A stretch of DNA of 64,000 nt, taken from assembly GCA_963803435.1 (NCBI GenBank), contig CAWDML010000003.1:32001-96000 (forward strand). The letters run 5' to 3'. The notes beneath the pieces are model-generated. The model had not been told where the DNA came from and searched no databases. It worked only from the letters and a program-made list of their open reading frames with translations. The position numbers and the translations under genes are program-made. Of this stretch, positions 22,697-31,332 are shown piece by piece (position 1 is the stretch's first letter; each line of letters starts with the position of its first letter). This DNA is from an uncultured delta proteobacterium. GTDB taxonomy: Bacteria > Myxococcota > Kuafuiibacteriia > Kuafuiibacteriales > Kuafuiibacteriaceae.

Positions 22697-25600
22697 TCAG
22701 AACTGCGAGCCCAGCTGGAAGTATACGCCGCCTTTCGCGTCCGTCGGCGAGAAGTCTTCGGCCTTCGGCTTTACCACCGGATACGCGTAGCCGAGGCGCA
22801 GGGTCAGCGGCAGCGCGTACGCCAGGATCAGATCGGCCCTGAGCTCGGCGCCGAGCCCGACGGCGAACGGATCGAAGAAGCGATCTTTGATCGCGTCGAG
22901 GGTCACCTTGTCGAACGTGCGCCCGAAGTCCGCGAACAGTCCCACGTGGACCACGCGGACCGCGATCGGCAGGGTCCCGAGCCCGCGATCGACGCGGAAC
23001 AACGGCGCCCGGTACTCGACCGATCCCGAGATCACGCCGGTGCCCGTGAGCGCGTCGACCGGGAGCCCGCGCAGGCTGTAGCTGTTCTCCGTGGTGGTGG
23101 TGAGCAGGCTCTGGCCCGCGTCGCCGCCCAGCGTGAACAGCTCGACGGTGTCGGGACCCGCGCCGAAGCCGACCCCGAGGCGCGCGGCCAGCACGTGGTT
23201 CTTGGCCCAGCGCCAGGGCCAGGGGATGTCGAGGTAGTAGCGGCCCTCGGCGGTGAGGAGGAACTGCTCGTAGTCGCTGCCGAGGCCTCTCGAGTACGCG
23301 CTCAGCCCGATGCCGAACGTCGGTCCCCGCTCGAGCGAGATCGAGTATGGGAACGCACGCACGTTCCCGTAGGTATAGCCGAGCGTGACCCGGGCGAAGT
23401 TGCCCGCCCTCGGCCGGCCCACCACCACGGTGGTCTCGGGGATGTCGTTGAGGAGATGTCGGTTCTCGAAGCGGTAGCCGAGGCTGATGAGGTGGCGCTG
23501 CAGCACCGGCAGCGAGATCGCGACCTGCGCCGTCAGCCGGCGCTCCTTGTAGAAGTCCCTCCGCCCGCAGAAGCGCCGCCCGTCGTCGAGATCGACGGTC
23601 GCGTCCGGTCCGCCCGGGCAGTCGGTGAGTGGATCCACTGGATCGAAGAACGACAGCCCATAGGCGCGCGCGTTGGCGCCGGCGAGGAAGGCGAAGGTCG
23701 GCTCGAACACGTCGAGGAAGTAGGCCGCATCGCCGCCGAGGAACTTGGTGAGCGACCCGTAGTTCAGATCGAGGATGTACGTATGCGTGCCGCGGGCGTC
23801 CGTGCCGAAGTGGCTGAGCGACGCGAACACCTCGCGCTCATTGGCGGAAACGGACGGGTAGAGGTTCCAGTTGTCGTGGAAGGGGAGCAGCGTGCTGGCC
23901 GCCGAGTAGTCGTCGATCTCCCAGCCCTCGGGCAGCGGATCCGGCAGAGGTGTCCCCGCCGACGGCGCCGGCGGCGGGATGTCCGGCGAGCGCGGATCGC
24001 GCGGCGGCCAGGCGCGCTCGAAGCGATCGTGCTCTACCGGCGGCTGGAGCTCGATCGTCACCGGTACGCCCTTCTCCGGCTCGAACGGGAGGCGGTAGAC
24101 GTCGAAGCCGTCGGCCGAGTAGCCGCGGTAGATGATCGAGCGACCGTCGGGCGTGACGCAGGGCTGGAACGCGCCCGTGATCAGGTTGGTGAGGCGGCGC
24201 GTGAGACCGGTGGCGGGCTCGAAGGCGTACAGGTTGTAGATGCCGGTCCGGTCGGAGGAGAAGACGATGAACCGGCCGTCGGGCGACCAGGTCGGGTCGG
24301 TGTCCTGCTCCCGATCGCGCGTGACCTCGCGGACCAGGCGGCCCTCGAGATCGTAGACGACGACGTCGCGCCGTCCGCCCTGAAAGCGCCCCACCGCGAT
24401 CCGATCGCCGTCCGGTGAGAAGCGCGGGTTCGCGAAGATCACGTCGGGTGCCGCCGGCACGATCACCTTGGGGTGGATCGTGACGCCGTCCGACTCGAGC
24501 CAGGCCAGTACGATCCGGTTGGAGCCGTCGGGCGTCTGCACGAACACCAGCCGCTTGCCGTCCTTCGAGAGGTCGGGATCGCGGGCCCGCAGCGAGCCCG
24601 AGGGCGCCCGGAACCCCTCCGGCTCATTGGGGTCGAGGTCGACCCGCGTGAGATCGTCCTTCTCGAGGTCGTAGCGGAAGATGCTGTTGTGCTCGTAGAA
24701 CCGCTGGTTGATCTCGGTCTGCTGGAAGTAGAAGGCGCTGCCGTCCGGGGTGAACGTGATCGACTGGCTGAGGGCGTCGTCCACCAGCGCCTCGTCCTTC
24801 ATGGTGGCGAGCTCGAGGCGCCGCACCCGCGCCCCGTCGATCGGTGAGCTGGTGGAGAAGATGACGAACTTGCCGTCGGGCGTGATCCGCGGCCCGACCG
24901 ACTCGCCGCCGTGGAAGGTGAGGCGCTCGGGGACGGTCTCGGCGGGCGTGGCGGTCCTGACCAGCTCGCGGATGCGCGCCGCCTCGCCCTTCATCTCGTC
25001 CTCGAAGGCGAGCCAGAGCGACTCCATGCTGGTGTCGAACTTCAGCTTGGCAGGCAGGTACGTGAAGTAAGGGATGGGATCGGACGCATAGGCGCGGTGA
25101 TAGGCGAGCAGCGTCTCCTCGCCGTAGTGCTCGGCGAGCCAGAGCTGGAAGCGCCCGCCGAAGAAGTAGGCGACGTTGGCGAACGGCCAGTCGGGATACG
25201 CGCGGTAGCCCTGGTCGATCGGCGGGAAGCGATCCTCGAGCGCGGCCGTGCGGATCACCATGTCGACGTAGGTGCTGCGCCCGCGGCCGGCGCCGGACGC
25301 GACGGTCTCCTCGTAGACCGCCAGGCCTTCGGTCACCCAGGCCGCCGAGTACTGGTTCATCGCCACGTACTTCCCGAAGACCAGCCGCCCGATCCACGGC
25401 AGCCCGTAGGCCATGTCGAGGTGGAAGATGTGGGCCATCTCGTGCTGGATGACGGTACAGAGCCAGTCGTCCATGTCCTCGAGCCCGGACACGCGCGTGG
25501 GCGCGGTGACGTAGAGCGTGATGACCTTGTTCGGCGTGATGCTGGCGCTGCCGTTGGCGTAGTCGGTCTGGTCGTCGATGACGATGCTGATGCGGCCGTC

Positions 25601-25825
25601 GGGCTCCCAGTCGTAGCGCTGGACCAGGAACGGGCGCGTATCCTCGGCAATCCGGGCCGCGCGCAGGGCGAGCTGTCCGTAGCCCTTGGGGAACATCACC
25701 TGGAAGTGGGGCGTGGTCAGCGTGCGATAGGGGACCTCCGGGTCGTACGGACCGGCTGCGCGGGCGCTCGACCCCGACGAGGCGCAGACGACGAGCGCGA
25801 CAACTGCAAGGCGCCTTGCGCTCAT
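22697..25825 (-). CDS. Omp85/BamA-family outer membrane protein with N-terminal HExxH metallopeptidase and PD40 beta-propeller
   Basis: Signal peptide; HEMAH..WVTEGLA; PRFSPDG/PTWSPDG repeats; LRG..SVEYRAPL..FADFG; C-terminal YFQLGSQF. Confidence 0.85.
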   Translation of the reverse strand: MSARRLAVVALVVCASSGSSARAAGPYDPEVPYRTLTTPHFQVMFPKGYGQLALRAARIAEDTRPFLVQRYDWEPDGRISIVIDDQTDYANGSASITPNKVITLYVTAPTRVSGLEDMDDWLCTVIQHEMAHIFHLDMAYGLPWIGRLVFGKYVAMNQYSAAWVTEGLAVYEETVASGAGRGRSTYVDMVIRTAALEDRFPPIDQGYRAYPDWPFANVAYFFGGRFQLWLAEHYGEETLLAYHRAYASDPIPYFTYLPAKLKFDTSMESLWLAFEDEMKGEAARIRELVRTATPAETVPERLTFHGGESVGPRITPDGKFVIFSTSSPIDGARVRRLELATMKDEALVDDALSQSITFTPDGSAFYFQQTEINQRFYEHNSIFRYDLEKDDLTRVDLDPNEPEGFRAPSGSLRARDPDLSKDGKRLVFVQTPDGSNRIVLAWLESDGVTIHPKVIVPAAPDVIFANPRFSPDGDRIAVGRFQGGRRDVVVYDLEGRLVREVTRDREQDTDPTWSPDGRFIVFSSDRTGIYNLYAFEPATGLTRRLTNLITGAFQPCVTPDGRSIIYRGYSADGFDVYRLPFEPEKGVPVTIELQPPVEHDRFERAWPPRDPRSPDIPPPAPSAGTPLPDPLPEGWEIDDYSAASTLLPFHDNWNLYPSVSANEREVFASLSHFGTDARGTHTYILDLNYGSLTKFLGGDAAYFLDVFEPTFAFLAGANARAYGLSFFDPVDPLTDCPGGPDATVDLDDGRRFCGRRDFYKERRLTAQVAISLPVLQRHLISLGYRFENRHLLNDIPETTVVVGRPRAGNFARVTLGYTYGNVRAFPYSISLERGPTFGIGLSAYSRGLGSDYEQFLLTAEGRYYLDIPWPWRWAKNHVLAARLGVGFGAGPDTVELFTLGGDAGQSLLTTTTENSYSLRGLPVDALTGTGVISGSVEYRAPLFRVDRGLGTLPIAVRVVHVGLFADFGRTFDKVTLDAIKDRFFDPFAVGLGAELRADLILAYALPLTLRLGYAYPVVKPKAEDFSPTDAKGGVYFQLGSQF

Positions 25826-26715
25826 CCCTCGGCCTTGATCAATTCCTCGAACGCGCGGAGGAGATCCTGCGGAGAGACTCGATACTTCTTTCCGCACAGA
25901 TCGCAGCCGACCTCGACCGGTCGCTCCTCGGACGCCATCTCCGCCAGGTCCTTCACACCGAACATGTGGAGTGAGGCCAGCACGTGCTCGCGGGAGCAGC
26001 GGCAGCGATAGAGGATGGGCACCGGGCTGTCCACGAGCTCTGCGTCGGCGGAGACGAAGTCGAGCAGCGCCTCCGGGCCGTCGATCGTCTCGAGCGCGCG
26101 CGCCAGGCCGCCGTCGCGCAACCGCTCGGAGAGCGCCTGGAGCCGGGTCTTGTCGCCGTCCGGCATCGCGTGCACGAAGACGCCGGCGGCCCGCGTGAGC
26201 CGGGCGCGCGCATCGAGCACGACGTCACAGACCACCAGCGTGGGTGTCTGGACCGAGCTCGTCAGGTAGCTCTCGAGATCCTCGTCGATCTCGCCGCTGA
26301 CCAGGGGCGTCGCGCTCTGCGCGTACTCGCCCGAGGTGAGCCGCCGGATCACGGAGATCCGACCGGGGAGCACGGCGGGACCGAGCGATCGGCGCCGGCT
26401 CTCCCGCTCGCGCTCGGTGATCGGGAAGGCCAGCTGCGGGACCTTGACCATGCCGCGAGCGGCGCCCTCGTGGGTGCAATCGGCGTACAAGCTGCCGATG
26501 CGGCCGCGGCTCAGGATCTGCACGCTCGTCGATCCCGCCGCGGAGCGGGTCAGGGCGAGGAGCGCGGTGCCGGTCAAGAGCCGTCCCAGCGCGACGGTCG
26601 AGGTGGCGGCCAGGCCGTGCACCGCCTGCGCTTCGCGGACCAGATCGGTGGTCAGCGCGACCGCGATCTCGAGCCGCGCTTCCTTGTGGGTGGCTCTGAG
26701 GCAGACGTCGCCCAC
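25822..26715 (-). CDS. hslO: Hsp33 redox-regulated chaperone
   Basis: ALGRLLTG, SGEIDEDLESYL, CRCSRE...CDLCGKKY zinc motif. Confidence 0.9.
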   Translation of the reverse strand: MGDVCLRATHKEARLEIAVALTTDLVREAQAVHGLAATSTVALGRLLTGTALLALTRSAAGSTSVQILSRGRIGSLYADCTHEGAARGMVKVPQLAFPITERERESRRRSLGPAVLPGRISVIRRLTSGEYAQSATPLVSGEIDEDLESYLTSSVQTPTLVVCDVVLDARARLTRAAGVFVHAMPDGDKTRLQALSERLRDGGLARALETIDGPEALLDFVSADAELVDSPVPILYRCRCSREHVLASLHMFGVKDLAEMASEERPVEVGCDLCGKKYRVSPQDLLRAFEELIKAEG

Positions 26716-27317
26716 TTGGAGGCCAGACTAGCATCGATCTCGGCCTGGAGGGACGCGACCCCCTTGCGCGACCCGCGCGTCGCCCGTGTTCGGAAGGACG
26801 TATCGCGCCGGGCGAGATCCTCGATCGCGACGCACGTGTGTTGCGCCTCCACGATCGCGATCGCAGCCTTCACGTGGAAGTGCTCGGCGAGCGCGTCGAC
26901 GATCCAGCGGCCGAGGTCCTCCTGGAGCACCAGGCGGTGGGCGAGCGTATCGACGAGCCGGCCGAGCCGCGCCAGGCCCGGCGCCCGATCCTTGGGGACG
27001 AACGCGACGTGGACGGCGCCCCGCGCCGGCGTGAGGTGGTGGGGACAGAGGAAGAGGACGGGCAGATGGGTGGCGACCACCGGGTCGTCGCTGGAGACGG
27101 GAAACCCTTTTCCGAGGGCCTGGGCCGGGGTGGTTCGATACCCGGCGGCGAGCAGGTCGAGGTATGCACCTGCCGCCCGGTCGGGGGTTTCGGCGAGGGC
27201 GGGATCGTCGGGATCCAGTCCGAGCGCGTCGAGGAGGGCCCGGACCGCGGCCCGTGCAGCGGCGCGATCCGGCGTCTTGGTCGCATGGAGGACGGATCCT
27301 CGGGCCTGCCGCGTCAT
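26652..27317 (-). CDS. folE: GTP cyclohydrolase I (divergent)
   Basis: ETPDR, LCPHHLTP, RLVLQEDL, EAQHTC. Confidence 0.8.
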   Translation of the reverse strand: MTRQARGSVLHATKTPDRAAARAAVRALLDALGLDPDDPALAETPDRAAGAYLDLLAAGYRTTPAQALGKGFPVSSDDPVVATHLPVLFLCPHHLTPARGAVHVAFVPKDRAPGLARLGRLVDTLAHRLVLQEDLGRWIVDALAEHFHVKAAIAIVEAQHTCVAIEDLARRDTSFRTRATRGSRKGVASLQAEIDASLASKWATSASEPPTRKRGSRSRSR

Positions 27318-27369
27318 GGGCGCAGAGACCGGAGAAGGGGCGGGCGGGTCAAGGTGGAACGGTTCCGTT

Positions 27370-27394
27370 TGACAGCCACCGAAATTTGCTGTCA
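27370..27394. promoter_or_regulatory. Palindromic site TGACAGC-N11-GCTGTCA in the divergent folE/ribA intergenic region
   Basis: Perfect 7-bp inverted repeat overlapping TTGACA at 27369-27374. Confidence 0.5.
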
Positions 27395-27411
27395 GGAAGA
27401 GTACTTAGCCC

Positions 27412-28053
27412 ATGATTCTCCCCTCGGTGGCAGCGGTGAGCTCGGCCCGGACCGTGGTTCGGTACGCAGAAGCGTCGATGCCGACGCATCGCGGCGACGT
27501 CCGTATCCTCATCTACCGAGAGACCCAGAACGGGGTCGCCGATCCCGATCACGAGCATGTGGCGATTCTCTTCGGTGAGCTGTCCAAGGCCGGCGAGGAG
27601 GTGCTGGTCCGGGTCCACAGCGAATGCATGACGTCCGAGGTCTTCGGATCGTTGAAGTGCGACTGCAAGCAGCAGCTCGATCACGCGATGGACAGCATGA
27701 AGGCGGCCGGTGAGGGCGTTCTCATCTACCTCCGCCAGGAGGGGCGCGGGATCGGTCTCGGGAACAAAGTGCGGGCCTACGCGCTCCAGAACATGGGCGC
27801 CGATACGATCCAGGCCAACCATCAGCTCGGGTTCGAGACCGACCTCCGGACGTACGACATCGCCGCGGGCGTCCTCCACGATCTGGGCGTTCGCAGCGTG
27901 CGCCTCATGACGAACAACCCGCTCAAGATCCGCGGGCTCGAGGCGTACGGCATCCCCGTGAAGGCGCGACTGCCGATCAACGTGGAGGCCTCCGAGCATT
28001 CGGCCGACTACCTCCGGACCAAGTTCGAGAAGCTCGGCCACCTGATCGAATAG
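27412..28053 (+). CDS. ribA: GTP cyclohydrolase II
   Basis: VRVHSECMTSEVFGSLKCDC, YLRQEGRGIGL, MTNNP, YLRTKFEKLGH. Confidence 0.95.
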   Translation: MILPSVAAVSSARTVVRYAEASMPTHRGDVRILIYRETQNGVADPDHEHVAILFGELSKAGEEVLVRVHSECMTSEVFGSLKCDCKQQLDHAMDSMKAAGEGVLIYLRQEGRGIGLGNKVRAYALQNMGADTIQANHQLGFETDLRTYDIAAGVLHDLGVRSVRLMTNNPLKIRGLEAYGIPVKARLPINVEASEHSADYLRTKFEKLGHLIE

Positions 28054-28084
28054 ATCTCGCCTCGCGTGGACCTCACCCGCTCGG

Positions 28085-29677
28085 GTGATGGGACCGAATA
28101 CCCACGAGGCGTCATCTAGCTCGATGACCAACACATCGAGCATCGACTACGACGTCATCATCGTCGGCGGCGGCATCTCGGGGCTGATCGCGGCCGACGC
28201 TCTCCTCGAGCGGGGCAAGCGCGTTCTGGTCATCGAGCGGGATCGGTGGGGCGGTCGCCTTCAGACCGAGCGATACCAGGGAACGCCCGTGGAGACCGGG
28301 CCGACGTACATCGGGCCGACGCAGCGACACATGCAACACCTCGTGCGAAGGTTCGGCCTGACGACGCTGCGCACGTTCTTCAAGCCCGGCTACTCCAGCG
28401 TCAATCACTTCCAGCTCGGCCCCGTCTGCGTGCCGAGCCACTTCGAGGGCACCACGCACGTGTCGGTGCCCGGCATCGAGGACGCGATCACGAATCTCGA
28501 CCAGATGACGGCGCGGGTGGCCTCGAATCTCGACGAGCCGTGGCTCACGCCGGGGGCCGTCGAGCTCGACGCCATGAGCGTGGAGGACTGGGCGAAGAGA
28601 GGGCTCACGGGCGCGTTCTCGATGGTGATGCGCAGGCTCCTCGAGACGTTCGTGCGGAGCATCCTCTCCGTCGAGCTCCGCGAGATCTCGATGCTCTACT
28701 TTCTGTACTATTGCGCGCGCTGCGGCGGGTTCCGGTACATGACCTCCGCCGTGGACTACGGCCCGGACTCGCTGCGGATCGTCGAGGGCAATTCCACGAT
28801 CATCGAACGGTTGGTTGACCGGCTGGAGAGCGGGGGCGCGACGCTCGTGCAAGGAACCGGGGTGTCGACGATCGAGGAGCCGAAGGACGCCGAGTACGTG
28901 TGCGTCAGCTTCGGGTCCTCGACCAAGACCGCGCGCTACGTGATCGTCGCCGTGCCGCCGAAGAGCTCGCTCGCCATCAGGTTCCGGCCCGAGCTGCCGG
29001 AGGATCGCCGCCACATCGCCTCGAGCATGAAGATGGGACGGACGTTCAAGGGCTTCGTGTTCTATCCGACGCCCTGGTGGCGCGGGGGCACGGAGCACGC
29101 GCTGTCGACGCCGGTCGAGCTGCTCGAGCAGATGCTGGGCTCACCACCCCCGCTGACGACGATGCTCGAGGGCGTCCACGCGATCCTCCATCCGCGCTAC
29201 TCGGGCTACACGAACGGCGACTGCCACCCGATCATCTGGACGATGGACGCCACCTGGGAGGATCCGACCGGTGCGCCTTTGAACCCGGCGATCATGTGGT
29301 TCGCCACGGCCGACTTCGCCAAGGCGATCGCCGACATCTTGCCCGATCAGACGGCGCTTCAACGGTTCCTGCATGGAACGCTGGTGAAGCTCTTCCGAGG
29401 CTGCGCGCCCGACGAGCCGCTCGGGGTCCGCTGCTACGATCACTATGACGGCGGCGCCGGCGCAGGCCCGGCCGGCGTGCTGCCGCCCGGCGTTCTGACC
29501 ACCTCCGGCCCTGCGCTGCGAAGAGCACACGGACGCGTGCACTGGGCGGGCACCGAGGTCGCGCTCTACTGGGGCGGGTATCTGGAAGGGGCCGCCGACG
29601 CGGGCCTGCGCGCGGCGCAGACCGTCGATCGCCTGCTGGGCGGCGGCGTCACGACCCCGTTCTGGCCGGAGTTTTAG
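28085..29677 (+). CDS. Flavin monoamine oxidase family protein
   Basis: IVGGGISG, RWGGR, HWAGTE..WGGYLEGA. Confidence 0.88.
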   Translation: MMGPNTHEASSSSMTNTSSIDYDVIIVGGGISGLIAADALLERGKRVLVIERDRWGGRLQTERYQGTPVETGPTYIGPTQRHMQHLVRRFGLTTLRTFFKPGYSSVNHFQLGPVCVPSHFEGTTHVSVPGIEDAITNLDQMTARVASNLDEPWLTPGAVELDAMSVEDWAKRGLTGAFSMVMRRLLETFVRSILSVELREISMLYFLYYCARCGGFRYMTSAVDYGPDSLRIVEGNSTIIERLVDRLESGGATLVQGTGVSTIEEPKDAEYVCVSFGSSTKTARYVIVAVPPKSSLAIRFRPELPEDRRHIASSMKMGRTFKGFVFYPTPWWRGGTEHALSTPVELLEQMLGSPPPLTTMLEGVHAILHPRYSGYTNGDCHPIIWTMDATWEDPTGAPLNPAIMWFATADFAKAIADILPDQTALQRFLHGTLVKLFRGCAPDEPLGVRCYDHYDGGAGAGPAGVLPPGVLTTSGPALRRAHGRVHWAGTEVALYWGGYLEGAADAGLRAAQTVDRLLGGGVTTPFWPEF

Positions 29678-30183
29678 GCGGGTCGGAGCCCGACGCAGAA
29701 CGGGCAGAGCTCGTCGGCCAGGTGGCGCCGGCGGCAGTCCACGCACCAGAGGATCCACAGAAAGGCGCGGTGGCCGCCCCACGTGAAGTGGTCGGAGGCG
29801 CAGGCGATCCGATCGGAGGCGGGCTGGAGGAGCTGCGCGGTGGGGATCTCGATCCGGATCGGGCGGGCGATCTCGGCCTCGAGCGGGACAGAGGCGAGGA
29901 AGAGGACGCCGCCGATCGGGGCGCCGCCCATGGTCGAGAGGTCGACGGGAGCCGCGTTCAGCTCGCGCAGCGCGTAGCCGTACGCCGACTCGAGGCCCCG
30001 ATCGAAGGGAGGCTCGCTACACCAGGCCACGCGGCGCGCCGAGTGAACGGGCGAGGGACCGCGCGCACCGGCCTCGAGCGAGAAGAGGCCGTCCCGGGCG
30101 CGCATGCGCCACTCAGGGGCCAGCTCGACCTCGAGGCGGTGGAGGGGCTCCGGCGTCGGGATGAACGGGAGGCGCAGCGGCAT
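29674..30183 (-). CDS. Hypothetical protein with C-terminal CxxC...CxxC motif
   Basis: ORF fills the gap; WCVDC...LCPFC. Confidence 0.5.
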   Translation of the reverse strand: MPLRLPFIPTPEPLHRLEVELAPEWRMRARDGLFSLEAGARGPSPVHSARRVAWCSEPPFDRGLESAYGYALRELNAAPVDLSTMGGAPIGGVLFLASVPLEAEIARPIRIEIPTAQLLQPASDRIACASDHFTWGGHRAFLWILWCVDCRRRHLADELCPFCVGLRPA

Positions 30184-30319
30184 TCGAGTCGATTGTGGCC
30201 GCGTCCTTTACTTCCCCCCCATCGCCCGAGCAGGGCGCAGCCGACCGGACTGCCTACCGGGCTGGACGCCGCGTCCAGTGGAGTGGACGGTCAACGTCCC
30301 TCGCGACAGGGCGCCCTCC

Positions 30320-30334
30320 TGGAACATCGTTTGC
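30320..30334 (+). promoter_or_regulatory. Putative sigma54 (-24/-12) promoter
   Basis: TGGAACATCGTTTGC fits GG-N10-GC and ends 13 bp before the ATG at 30348. Confidence 0.5.
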
Positions 30335-30347
30335 CTCGGGTCGGGCC

Positions 30348-31236
30348 ATGGATCTCGAGGACGCGATCAAGGCCTGGACCGAGAGCCGGCGGTCCGCCAC
30401 CGACGAGGTCCTGGCCGCAGGCTCGACGCTGGCGGTGGTCCATGGCGCGTCGGTCCTGAGGTCGACGCCCACGATCTCGGACGTCCACGCGCGGACGAGC
30501 CGGTCCACGATCTCGGAGTCGGTCTGGCAGCTCCAGGGGCGCGTGGTCTCGGAGCACGAGTCGCTGCTCCGCTCGGGGGCTCGACACCGGTTCGTCCATG
30601 CGTCGCGAGAGCGGATGCTCGCGTCGCAGGGCACGAACGAGTACCACCTGAGGATTCTACGACGGAGACCGGTTCGTCGCGCGCCTCGCCGCCGTCGTCG
30701 CTCGGGCCTCCGATGGACTCCAGCAGCGACTCAATCGACTCGCCGCCTCCCTGAGCGCGCGCCTCTCGGCGGCCGATCGCGCGTTCCGGTCCGCGCTGCC
30801 GTCCGACCCGGGGTTCGCGTTGTTCCGGGGCGACGGCACCACGCAGTTCGCGGACGCGGCCGCGCGCCCTTGGCTAGACGTTCACGAGGTCGAGCTGAGC
30901 ATCGGCCGCGAGGTCGTGCAGCTCGCGTCCACCGGCGGGCGCCAGGTGCTGTTCTCGGTGCTGGGCGCCGAGGTCAAGCTCACCGCGCTCGAAGGACGCG
31001 GCGGCGTCATCTACCTCACCGAGCTGCGTCCTGCGCAGCCGTTGAGGTTGAGCGCGGGTGCCCACTTGACCCCGATGCAGCGTCGCGTCGCCGAGTATGC
31101 TGCGACGGGATCGACCGTCGTCGAGATCGCGCGCTCACTGGCGGTCGCGCCCGAAACCGTGCGCACGCATCTCCGCGAGATCTATCGGCGGCTGGCGGTG
31201 AGCAATCGGGTGGAGCTCCTGCGCGCCATGGGCTGA
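30348..31236 (+). CDS. LuxR-family HTH transcriptional regulator, frameshift near 30655
   Basis: C-terminal LTPMQRRVAEYAATG..EIARSL..ETVRTHLREIYRRLAVSNRVEL. That frame is open back to about 30652 and joins an N-terminal frame from 30348. Confidence 0.75.
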
Positions 31237-31332
31237 CTGTACCCATGGACAGGGTCTCCCCCGCGCCGGCCAAAGGCGACGTCCCAGCGGCCAGTGGCCA
31301 GGTGAGGCTTTCGGTCGCACTGCCCTACGGGT

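Noticed and set aside
27318-27411. FMN riboswitch upstream of ribA
   Set aside because: The region is too short and lacks the conserved RFN motifs.
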